This document shows, piece after piece, positions 16,559 through 24,155 of a stretch of DNA of 43,284 nt; within the stretch, counting starts at the first letter, position 1; every line of letters begins with the position of its first letter. The DNA comes from a virus (taxonomy: Duplodnaviria > Caudoviricetes). A program made the translations under genes and the position numbers. The stretch is taken from positions 1 through 43,284 of IMG/VR virus record IMGVR_UViG_3300031965_000064; one strand, given 5' to 3'. Under the pieces are notes generated by a model. The model worked only from the letters and a program-made list of their open reading frames with translations. It searched no databases and was not told where the DNA came from.

Positions 16559-16587
16559 TTCGTGATTCGTGATTCGTGATTCGACCC
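16555..16587 (+). repeat. Right arm of 33-bp inverted repeat: (GTGATTC)x4 GACCC
   Basis: First unit supplies the holin TGA stop. Reverse complement of 15135-15167. Confidence 0.92.
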
Positions 16588-16606
16588 CGTAAATAGGAGA
16601 CGCAAA

Positions 16607-16945
16607 ATGAAGCTCAAGTTCTATCTTTTGCTCGCGCTCGCGGCGCTCGTCGGCGCCTGCGCGACCCTCACCGCGCCGCGCAACGTCGACGACAGCATCG
16701 CCTACGGCTACAGCCAGGTCGCCGCCGCGCGCGGCACGGCGGCGGCGCTCCTCGATCGCGGCGCGATCACGGCCGCCGACGCGCGGCGCGCGCAGGTGCA
16801 GGCCGACCAGGCGCGCGCGGCGCTTGACGCGGCCCGGGCCGCGCGTGGTGCCGGCGATCTCGATGGCGCGCAGGGGCAGTTGACGCTCGCGCTGTCTATC
16901 CTTACCCAGCTCGAGACCTACTTGAAAGCACAGGAGGCCAAATGA
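16607..16945 (+). CDS. Lipoprotein in lysis cassette (possible spanin-like)
   Basis: Lipobox LVGAC and a helical Ala-rich body. Confidence 0.6.
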   Translation: MKLKFYLLLALAALVGACATLTAPRNVDDSIAYGYSQVAAARGTAAALLDRGAITAADARRAQVQADQARAALDAARAARGAGDLDGAQGQLTLALSILTQLETYLKAQEAK

Positions 16946-17169
16946 GCAACGTCGCAGCCGCAATCACGATCCTCGCGAACCTGACAACGGTTGCCGCCGA
17001 GGTGCTTGCCAACGCGCAGACGGTCGCGAATCTGATCCAGAAGGCGCAGATGGAAGGCCGCTCGACCTTTACCGACGAGGAGTGGAAGACGATCACCGGG
17101 CTCGATGACGCTGCCCGCAAGCGGCTCGAAGAGGCGATCGCGCGCAAATCCCCCCCAACCCCCCTTTGA
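16942..17169 (+). CDS. Hypothetical lysis-region protein
   Basis: RBS AGGAGG and ATGA coupling. Confidence 0.65.
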   Translation: MSNVAAAITILANLTTVAAEVLANAQTVANLIQKAQMEGRSTFTDEEWKTITGLDDAARKRLEEAIARKSPPTPL

Positions 17170-17200
17170 CAAAGGGGGTCGGGAGACGCGCGGGGGGATT
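17147..17200. repeat. REP-like GC hairpin
   Basis: AATCCCCCC...CCCCCTTT-GAC-AAAGGGGG...GGGGGGATT nested inverted repeats. Confidence 0.7.
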
Positions 17201-17202
17201 CA

Positions 17203-17427
17203 GTGGATGTCACTGACTTCGCTTCTGAGACCGAGCAGCTATGGCTTCTCGGGCGGCTCGCGGAGCAGGCGCGTCGCGCGCCGCGCGGCATCGCGGCCCA
17301 TGACTGCGAGGACTGCGGTGAGCCGATACCCGAGGCGCGGCGCCTGGCCGTTCCAGGGACGACACGGTGCGTGGAGTGCCAGGAGCGGCGTGAGGCGAGG
17401 AGCATGAAGGAGAGGCGGGAACGATGA
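17203..17427 (+). CDS. TraR/DksA C4 zinc-finger protein
   Basis: MD..D.A...CEDCGEPIPEARRLAVPGTTRCVECQE. Confidence 0.88.
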   Translation: MDVTDFASETEQLWLLGRLAEQARRAPRGIAAHDCEDCGEPIPEARRLAVPGTTRCVECQERREARSMKERRER

Positions 17428-17774
17428 GTATTGAATTACTGCCGCACGTGCTCACCACGGTCGCGCTGCTTATCACGGGCGCCTGGGCGCTCCTGAAGAT
17501 CATGGTGCGGCAATACGATCGCAGCCTCGACCAGCGCTTCGCGGCCCAAGAGGCGGTGCGCGTGGACGCCCGCGCCAGTTACGAGAAGCAGTTCAACAAT
17601 CTGGAGAATATGTTCCGGGACCTCGAGCGCGAGTTCCTGAAGCACATCGCGCAGCTGCCGAAGGAGTACGTCAGGCGAGAGGACGCGATCCGCTCCGAGA
17701 CGGTGATCAACGCCAAACTGGATGCGCTCGCCGTGAAGATCGACATGGTGGCGGAACGACAGCAAAGGGCTTGA
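17424..17774 (+). CDS. Membrane-anchored coiled-coil protein (Mu gp25-like position)
   Basis: N-terminal TM and LP..YVRRED motif. Synteny. Confidence 0.7.
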   Translation: MSIELLPHVLTTVALLITGAWALLKIMVRQYDRSLDQRFAAQEAVRVDARASYEKQFNNLENMFRDLEREFLKHIAQLPKEYVRREDAIRSETVINAKLDALAVKIDMVAERQQRA

Positions 17775-17777
17775 ACG

Positions 17778-18080
17778 ATGGACATGGAAAAGACGCGCCG
17801 CGAATCCATCCGCTGGCACATTCTGGTGGCGGTAAACGCCGGCGCGCCGCAGCCGGTTGCCGAGCCATTGATTCTGTCGGCGATCCAGAGCATCCCGGTC
17901 GAGTGCACCGCGCTGGAGCTCCGGAGGCAGCTCGACTACCTGGAGGACCGCAAGCTCGTGGTCCTCGCGCGGCATGAGGGCGCGCCGTGGACGGCGGATC
18001 TGACGCGCGCTGGCGTCGATTACGTGGAATACACGATCGCCGCCGAGCCCGGCATCGCGCGCCCGAAGAAGTACTGGTGA
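17778..18080 (+). CDS. Mu gp26-like winged-HTH protein
   Basis: RRESIRWHIL...LRRQLDYLEDRKLV...LTRAGVDYVE...PGIARP. Confidence 0.8.
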   Translation: MDMEKTRRESIRWHILVAVNAGAPQPVAEPLILSAIQSIPVECTALELRRQLDYLEDRKLVVLARHEGAPWTADLTRAGVDYVEYTIAAEPGIARPKKYW

Positions 18081-18083
18081 GCG

Positions 18084-18647
18084 ATGCGGCGCTCCAAGAT
18101 CGAGCGGTTGCCGGCGCGGCTTCGGGACGAACTCTCGAAGAAGCTCATCGCCGGCGCCTTCAGCGGTTACGACGGGCTGGAGAAGTGGCTCGCCGGGGAA
18201 GGCGCGGCGATCGGCTTGCGGGGCGAGGAGATCCCGAAGCACTCCTCGATCCACCGCTACGGAGTGGAGCTACAGGAAAAGCTCGAGGCGATCCGGGCGA
18301 GCACCGATGCCGCGCGCCAGATTGCAGACGCCGCCCCCGACGATGCGGATTTGCGCTCGGCGGCGGTGATTTCCCTGGTGCAGACGGAAGTGTTCGATCT
18401 GCTGATCAAGCTGCGCGAGGCCGACACGGAAACCGATACGCCGAAGCGCGTGAAGCTCCTTTCGGCCGTCGCCGGCAACATCGCCAAGCTCTCGCGCGCG
18501 AGCGTGAACCAGAAGAAGTGGGAGCAGGAGATCCGGACCAAAGTGCAGGCGGCGGCGGCGAGCATCGAGAAGATCGCGAAGAAGGGCGGGCTCTCGAAGG
18601 GCGCGGTCGCGGAGATACGACGTGAAATCCTCGGCATACCCGCTTGA
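18084..18647 (+). CDS. terS: Terminase small subunit (Mu gp27/DUF3486-like)
   Basis: RRSKIERLP...SSIHRYG...KKGGLS...IRREILGI. Confidence 0.85.
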   Translation: MRRSKIERLPARLRDELSKKLIAGAFSGYDGLEKWLAGEGAAIGLRGEEIPKHSSIHRYGVELQEKLEAIRASTDAARQIADAAPDDADLRSAAVISLVQTEVFDLLIKLREADTETDTPKRVKLLSAVAGNIAKLSRASVNQKKWEQEIRTKVQAAAASIEKIAKKGGLSKGAVAEIRREILGIPA

Positions 18648-18759
18648 CGAGCACCTGACTCGGCTGCGCGACTGGCTCGGCGGGAGTTTTGAGCCGAGCG
18701 ATGATCATGATTGCAATGGGGTGAACTCTAAGCTGATCGATTTTCCTGTAAGGGGGCGA

Positions 18760-19008
18760 ATGATGAAACCGAGTCAAGGCCGCATCGTGATCTTCCACCA
18801 GCCGGACAACGAGGCGCCGCACAACGGCAGCCGCGAGCATCCGGCGATCGTGAATGCAGTGTGGCCGCAGTTTGGCGGCGACGGCGGGATCAACTGCACC
18901 GTGTTTCCAGATCTCGGGCCGGTGGAGTTCCGCACATCGGTACCGCACAAAGGTATCGCCGCGGCCGGGAGCTGCTGGTGGGATTGGCCCACCAGGGAGA
19001 CAGCATGA
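18760..19008 (+). CDS. Hypothetical phage protein
   Basis: MKPSQGRIV...PAIV..V.....N.TVF...W.WP pattern seen in small phage proteins. Confidence 0.6.
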   Translation: MMKPSQGRIVIFHQPDNEAPHNGSREHPAIVNAVWPQFGGDGGINCTVFPDLGPVEFRTSVPHKGIAAAGSCWWDWPTRETA

Positions 19009-19457
19009 AGACGACGACAGGACTGGAGCTGGCGAACGCGAAACTGGCGCAGTTGCGTGCGGCGGGTTTCAAGCCTGCTCCCCGCAGGACGGTGTTCGAG
19101 CGTCTGAAGGACAACCCGAAATCCAAGAGCCTCGCGCTGCGGGCCTATTATCTCGACTTGAACCGCGTCGAGCAGAACGCGGGTTGCCCCGATGCGGGCG
19201 TAGCTGAGCTGCGGGCGGACGCCGTGAGGAAATATCAGGACGCGCGGACGCGCGGCGTCGCGAAGAGCATCCGGAGCGCGTGCTTCGATTGTGTCGGGGG
19301 CGATGATGATCCCGGACCGCGCCAACGGGCGCGGGATTGCGGGGTCTTTGGCTGCCCCTTGCATGCCGTTCGCCCGTGGCAGGGCGTGCTCGGGCGCCTG
19401 GGGCAGGGTTTGGGGGTCCGCAAGTCCGCCCAAAACGCCCAAACGCCGGAATCCTAA
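19005..19457 (+). CDS. Hypothetical with C-terminal Cys4-type zinc site
   Basis: SIRSACFDCVGG...RDC....CPLH..RPWQ. Confidence 0.6.
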   Translation: MKTTTGLELANAKLAQLRAAGFKPAPRRTVFERLKDNPKSKSLALRAYYLDLNRVEQNAGCPDAGVAELRADAVRKYQDARTRGVAKSIRSACFDCVGGDDDPGPRQRARDCGVFGCPLHAVRPWQGVLGRLGQGLGVRKSAQNAQTPES

Positions 19458-19557
19458 TAGGGGCCTTAACCATCTTTTCCGACCTCATGAGGCCCCGGTA
19501 AGGGGGTAGTAGCCAATCGGCGCCACGAACCTCCCCAAGCCCCCTAGAAGACGCGAC

Positions 19558-21147
19558 ATGCCAAAGCCCTCCCGCAAGCCCCTCCCCCCCCCGCCCACCC
19601 CCCGGCCGGGGGCTGGCGAGGCCGCGATCGCGGCCCCGGCCGTGTTCCTGTCCTACCAGCAGGCGTGGGCGGCGGACACGGCGCAGGTGCGCGTGTGGGA
19701 GAAGTCGCGCCGCATCGGGGCCTCCTGGTGCGACGCCGCCGACTCCGTGCTCGAGGCCGGCGCCGAGGGCGGGCAGGATGCGCTCTACATCGGCTACTCG
19801 GAAGACATGGCGCGCGAGTACGTGGACGACTGCGCGATGTGGGCGCGGATGTTTCAAAAGGCCGCCGGCGAGATCCAGGAGCTGCTCTACCAGGACGAGA
19901 AGAACAACATCAAGGCGTTCCGCATCGACTTCGCGAGCGGGCACAAGGTGCTGGCGCTCTCCTCGCGCCCGCGCTCGATCCGCGGCAAGCAGGGCAAGGT
20001 GACGATCGACGAGGCGGCGTTCCACGACGATCTCGAAGGGCTCTTGAAAGCCGCGCTCGCGATGCTGATCTGGGGCGGGCGGGTGGCGATCCTCTCCTCG
20101 CACAATGGCGAGGACAATGCCTTCAACCTACTGCTGAAGGAGATCCGCGCCGGCAAGCTCCCCTACTCGCTCCACCGCGTCACCTTTGACGACGCTCTCG
20201 CGGCCGGGCTCTTCGACCGCGTGAAACTGATCCTGGGGAAACGGCTGGGCTACGAGCTCCCTGACAGGAGCTGGCACGAGATCGCGACGCGCGAGGAATG
20301 GCGCGAGTGGATCTTCGCGAAATACGGCGAGCGCGTGAACGAGGAGCTGCTGTGCATACCGCGCGCGGGCTCCGGCGTCTATATCGCGCGCACGCTGGTC
20401 GAGCGCTGCCAGCGCGATGGCATCACCGTCCTGAAACTCAAGAAGCCGCACGAGTGGATGCTCGACGATCAGCGCCTCGCGGAAGCGGACATCTGGATCA
20501 AGGACGTGTTGAAGCCCGTCATCGATTCGCTCGCCACGGAGAAGCGCACCGTGCTCGGCATGGACTTCGGCCGCAGCGGCGACCTCTCCTATCCGACGGT
20601 GCTCCAGGATCAGGGCGGGGGCAAGTGGCGCGAGGCGTTCTCGATCGAACTGCGCAACATCCCATTCGACGTGCAACGGGCGATCGTGTTCTATCTCCTC
20701 GACAACCTGCCGCTCCTGCACCACGCGAAGTTCGATGCGCGTGGCAACGGCCAGCAGCTCGCCGAGGAGGCGCTGCAGAAGTTCGGCCCGGCGCGCGTTG
20801 AGTGCGTGATGGCCTCGCCCTCCTGGTATGCCGCCAACTTCCCGCCCTACAAGGCGGCGCTCGAGGACCAGTCGGTCGAGATCGCGCGGGGCGAGGACGT
20901 GATCGCGGACCACCGCCGCGTGATCCTGAAAAACGGCTACCCGGCGATGGACGACGGGCGCGACAAGGGCTCGGACGGCGAGTACCGCCACGGCGACGGC
21001 GTGATCGCGCGCGTGCTGGCGTGGGCCGCGACGCGCACCGAGGGCCAGCCGCCGGCCGGTGAATCAGTGGACGCGCCCGAGGATCTCTTCCTCCCGGCGG
21101 CGATGGCGGGGCGCCGGCGCATGACGATGTTCAAGAAGGCGGCGTAG
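19558..21147 (+). CDS. terL: Terminase large subunit (Mu gp28-like)
   Basis: YQQAW, EKSRRIGASW, Walker B VTIDEAAF, nuclease GMDFGRSGD and HGD. Confidence 0.93.
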   Translation: MPKPSRKPLPPPPTPRPGAGEAAIAAPAVFLSYQQAWAADTAQVRVWEKSRRIGASWCDAADSVLEAGAEGGQDALYIGYSEDMAREYVDDCAMWARMFQKAAGEIQELLYQDEKNNIKAFRIDFASGHKVLALSSRPRSIRGKQGKVTIDEAAFHDDLEGLLKAALAMLIWGGRVAILSSHNGEDNAFNLLLKEIRAGKLPYSLHRVTFDDALAAGLFDRVKLILGKRLGYELPDRSWHEIATREEWREWIFAKYGERVNEELLCIPRAGSGVYIARTLVERCQRDGITVLKLKKPHEWMLDDQRLAEADIWIKDVLKPVIDSLATEKRTVLGMDFGRSGDLSYPTVLQDQGGGKWREAFSIELRNIPFDVQRAIVFYLLDNLPLLHHAKFDARGNGQQLAEEALQKFGPARVECVMASPSWYAANFPPYKAALEDQSVEIARGEDVIADHRRVILKNGYPAMDDGRDKGSDGEYRHGDGVIARVLAWAATRTEGQPPAGESVDAPEDLFLPAAMAGRRRMTMFKKAA

Positions 21148-21152
21148 CGGCG

Positions 21153-21180
21153 GTGAACAGTGAACAGTGAACGGTGAACG
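21153..21180 (+). repeat. Heptamer tandem array (GTGAACR)x4
   Basis: Fills the terL-portal intergenic space. Confidence 0.85.
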
Positions 21181-21187
21181 GTCGAAT

Positions 21188-22633
21188 ATGAATCCCAGCC
21201 AGATCTCGATCTGGAAAGACTTCGTTGCGACGATGTACGGCGAGCCGGCAGAGCCCGCGGCGCCGGCCGCGCCGGCGGCGCCGGCGGCGTTCCGCGAAGG
21301 CGCGGGCATAACGGTGGACGTGGACGAGGACCAGTGGCGCAAACTCACCGGCGACGCGCAGCGCGATTTGACGCCGATGACGCAGTCGCGCATGCAGAAG
21401 ATCGCGCACTGGCTGTGGGAAGCGAATCTCCTCGCCAACCGCATCATCGAGCTGCCGGTCGCCTATCTCCTGGCGGAAGGCGCGAAGCTCCAGGTGAAGG
21501 ACGAGGAGAACCAGAAGGCGCTCGATCGATTCTGGCGCGATCCGATCAACGACATGGACCTGAAGCTGCCGAAGAAGGTGCGCGAGCTCGCCATCTTCGG
21601 CGAGCAGTGCTATCCCGCGTTCGTGAACGAGATGGACGGCCACGTGCGGCTCGGCTATCTCGACCCAGCCTTGATCGAGACCGTCGTGATGGACCCCGAC
21701 AACCGCGAGCAGCCGATCGGGATCGTCACGACGCGCGACAGGAAGGGCCGCGCGCGGCGCTACCGGGTGATCATCAACGGGCCTGAGGACGTCTTCACGC
21801 AGCGCACGCGCGAGATCCGGGAGTCATTCCCCGACGGCGATGCGTTCTTCTTCCGCGTGAACGATCTCTCCTCAGGCATGCGCGGGCGCTCGGATCTGCT
21901 CGCGCAAGCCGACTGGCTCGACGTCTACGATCAATTCCTGTTCGGCGAGGGAGAGCGCGCGGCCGCGCTGCGGGCGTTCTTCTGGGACGTGACGCTGAAG
22001 AACGCAACCCCCGACCAGGTCAAGGCGCGAGCGAAGGAGATCACCGCGCCGAAATCGGGCAGCGTGCGCGTGCACAACGACTCGGAGGAGTGGAAGGCGG
22101 AGGCGCCGGAGCTGCAGGGCACGGACCTCTCGGAATTCGCGCGGCTCATGCGCAATCACGTGCTCGGAGGCGCGACGCTCGCGACCAACTGGTTCGGCGG
22201 AACGGACGACGTCAATCGCGCCGGCGGCGAGAGCATGGCGGAGCCGACGTTCAAAGTGCTCTCCATGCGGCAGCGCTTCGTGAAATACATCCTCGAATCC
22301 ATCGGGCGCTACGTGCTGCTTCAGGCGGCTGGCGGGAAGGAGATCGACTGGGCGGACCCCAGGTGGGCGGTCGAAGCGGTGATGCCGGAACTCACCACGA
22401 AGGACACCACCAAGTACGCAGCCGCGCTGCAGCAAGTCGTGGTCGCGGTCGCGCTGGCGATCGAGAAGGCGTTGATGAGCGAAGCCACCGCACTCAAGCT
22501 CATCAACACGATGGCCGCACGGCTCGGCGTCGCGATCGACGCGGAGGCCGAACTCAAGGCTGCGCAGGCGGAGGCCGCGGCGCGCGCCGAGCGCGACGTC
22601 TTTACCGAGCTGCCGGCTGCCGGCGGCCAATAA
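21188..22633 (+). CDS. Portal protein
   Basis: About 480 aa directly after terL. NLLANRIIE...ELAIFGE...RGRSDL pattern. Confidence 0.8.
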   Translation: MNPSQISIWKDFVATMYGEPAEPAAPAAPAAPAAFREGAGITVDVDEDQWRKLTGDAQRDLTPMTQSRMQKIAHWLWEANLLANRIIELPVAYLLAEGAKLQVKDEENQKALDRFWRDPINDMDLKLPKKVRELAIFGEQCYPAFVNEMDGHVRLGYLDPALIETVVMDPDNREQPIGIVTTRDRKGRARRYRVIINGPEDVFTQRTREIRESFPDGDAFFFRVNDLSSGMRGRSDLLAQADWLDVYDQFLFGEGERAAALRAFFWDVTLKNATPDQVKARAKEITAPKSGSVRVHNDSEEWKAEAPELQGTDLSEFARLMRNHVLGGATLATNWFGGTDDVNRAGGESMAEPTFKVLSMRQRFVKYILESIGRYVLLQAAGGKEIDWADPRWAVEAVMPELTTKDTTKYAAALQQVVVAVALAIEKALMSEATALKLINTMAARLGVAIDAEAELKAAQAEAAARAERDVFTELPAAGGQ

Positions 22634-22650
22634 CGGAAAAGGAGACTCAC

Positions 22651-23160
22651 ATGCTGCTGAAACGCATTTACAAGAAGCCGACCGGCTGGAAGCCGGAACG
22701 CAACGTCCGTGGCGCGGACGGGAAGCTGAAGGACGCATCGCGCCCGGAGGGGGAGCTCCTCAATCCCCCGCCGATCGCTCACGTCGAGATCCGGCATACA
22801 GGCACTCACGCCGAGCAGAACTTCTCCACGAGCCTGGTGGAGGCCGCCGTCGCCGACGGCTGGATGACGCTCGGCCGTGGCAAGCTCACCGTCCACGGCA
22901 AGCCGGAGGACCTGGTCTACACGATCAAGCGCGGGCCTGGACACTACTGCTGCCACTGCGGCGAGCGCCTTCCGGATGCCGCGGCGTTCGTCGCGCCGAA
23001 GGTGACGGGAGGCATGCAGCACGTCGCCGTGGTGCACGCCGGCGAGAAATCGCCCGATCGCGGCAACCCGGCGGGTTACTGCCGTCTCAACCATTATGAG
23101 TGCGTGATCGAGGCGAAGCAGCATGAGAAGTTCAACGCGCGCGCGCAGAGGAGAGTCTGA
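22651..23160 (+). CDS. Hypothetical protein (CCHC motif)
   Basis: RBS AAGGAG. GHYCCHCGE. Confidence 0.65.
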   Translation: MLLKRIYKKPTGWKPERNVRGADGKLKDASRPEGELLNPPPIAHVEIRHTGTHAEQNFSTSLVEAAVADGWMTLGRGKLTVHGKPEDLVYTIKRGPGHYCCHCGERLPDAAAFVAPKVTGGMQHVAVVHAGEKSPDRGNPAGYCRLNHYECVIEAKQHEKFNARAQRRV

Positions 23161-23633
23161 TGGCGAACTTCGTTTTCAACGTAGCGAAAGGCCGCGTGGC
23201 GGAGCTCTACAACAGAGTCGATCTCAATGATCCCGCGGCATCCGCTCTCATCGTCGCGATCCTCGCCACCGCGGGCATCGAGTCCGACGCGACGCTGATC
23301 GACAAGGATGATCTCGCGGCGGTCGTCGCGGGCACCACCAACGAAGTGACGAACAGCGGCTACGCGCGCAAGACCCTGACCGACGCTGACATCGTCGCCT
23401 TCGCGCCGGACGACACCAACGACCGGGTGGACCTCGACATCCCGGACCAGACCTGGACCGCGGTCGCCGCGGGCGACGGCTGGAACGACTTCGTGGTGTG
23501 CTACGACAGCGACACCGGCGCCGGCACGGACGCGGCGATCGTGCCGCTCACGCTGCATGATTTTTTGGTGGTGCCCGATGGCAGCGATATAACTGCCCAG
23601 GTGGCTGCCGCAGGATTCTTCCGTGCATCCTAA
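23160..23633 (+). CDS. Virion structural protein (putative fibre base/adaptor)
   Basis: NEVTNSGYARKTL...DRVDLDIPDQTWT...PDGSDIT pattern of small virion beta-proteins that precede fibre genes. Confidence 0.65.
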   Translation: MANFVFNVAKGRVAELYNRVDLNDPAASALIVAILATAGIESDATLIDKDDLAAVVAGTTNEVTNSGYARKTLTDADIVAFAPDDTNDRVDLDIPDQTWTAVAAGDGWNDFVVCYDSDTGAGTDAAIVPLTLHDFLVVPDGSDITAQVAAAGFFRAS

Positions 23634-24114
23634 GTCCGGTGCCTGCGCCGATTGCGGCGTGCCGATTCTCAAAACATCTGCACGTTGTCGGGCGTGCAAC
23701 CTCAAGCGCGTCGGCACGCCAGGATGGAATCGTATCGGAGAAGAACCGTTTACGCGCCCCGAGCTGTCGGCGCGCTGGCGCGCTCACCACCCCGAGCGCG
23801 CAAAGCGCGTCAACATTGCCGCCAAGCAGACTATGCGCTCGCGCGTTGCCGCCTACAAAGCAGAGCGCGGTTGCAAAGACTGCGGCACTACCGACCCGCG
23901 CGTGCTCGATCTGCACCACCACAACGGCGAGGACAAGATCATGGCCGTGAGCCAGATGATGTATCGGTACAGTTGGAAGAAAGTGAAGGCCGAGATGGAC
24001 AAATGCCGCGTGCTTTGCGCGAATTGTCACCGGATTGAACACGCCGAAGAGGCAGACCGCGCGCCCGACATCACCGCGCAGATCGCGGCGGCGGGGTTCT
24101 TCCGGGCGAGCTAG
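23623..24114 (+). CDS. HNH homing endonuclease fused to the displaced 3' end of the upstream gene
   Basis: CKDCG...LDLHH...CRVLCANCHRIEH. Ends DITAQIAAAGFFRAS, a copy of the upstream gene C-terminus. Confidence 0.88.
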   Translation: MHPKSGACADCGVPILKTSARCRACNLKRVGTPGWNRIGEEPFTRPELSARWRAHHPERAKRVNIAAKQTMRSRVAAYKAERGCKDCGTTDPRVLDLHHHNGEDKIMAVSQMMYRYSWKKVKAEMDKCRVLCANCHRIEHAEEADRAPDITAQIAAAGFFRAS

Positions 24115-24155
24115 TAAGGGCGCTGCTTGAATCGTGCTGATGGGATAGTCGTCCC

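Noticed and set aside
19584-19592. Other homopolymers (C9 in terL 5' end, G8 near 8939 and near 41133) as phase-variation sites
   Set aside because: Reading frames are intact and there is no sign of an alternative state from the sequence alone.
21241-21290. 9-bp GC repeats at the portal 5' end (also 28902-28930)
   Set aside because: They encode ordinary Pro-Ala linkers and are in-frame low complexity.
23623-24114. Group I intron or intein carrying the HNH
   Set aside because: The upstream gene has its own complete C-terminus and stop, so no splicing is needed. There is no room for an intron core and no intein terminal residues.
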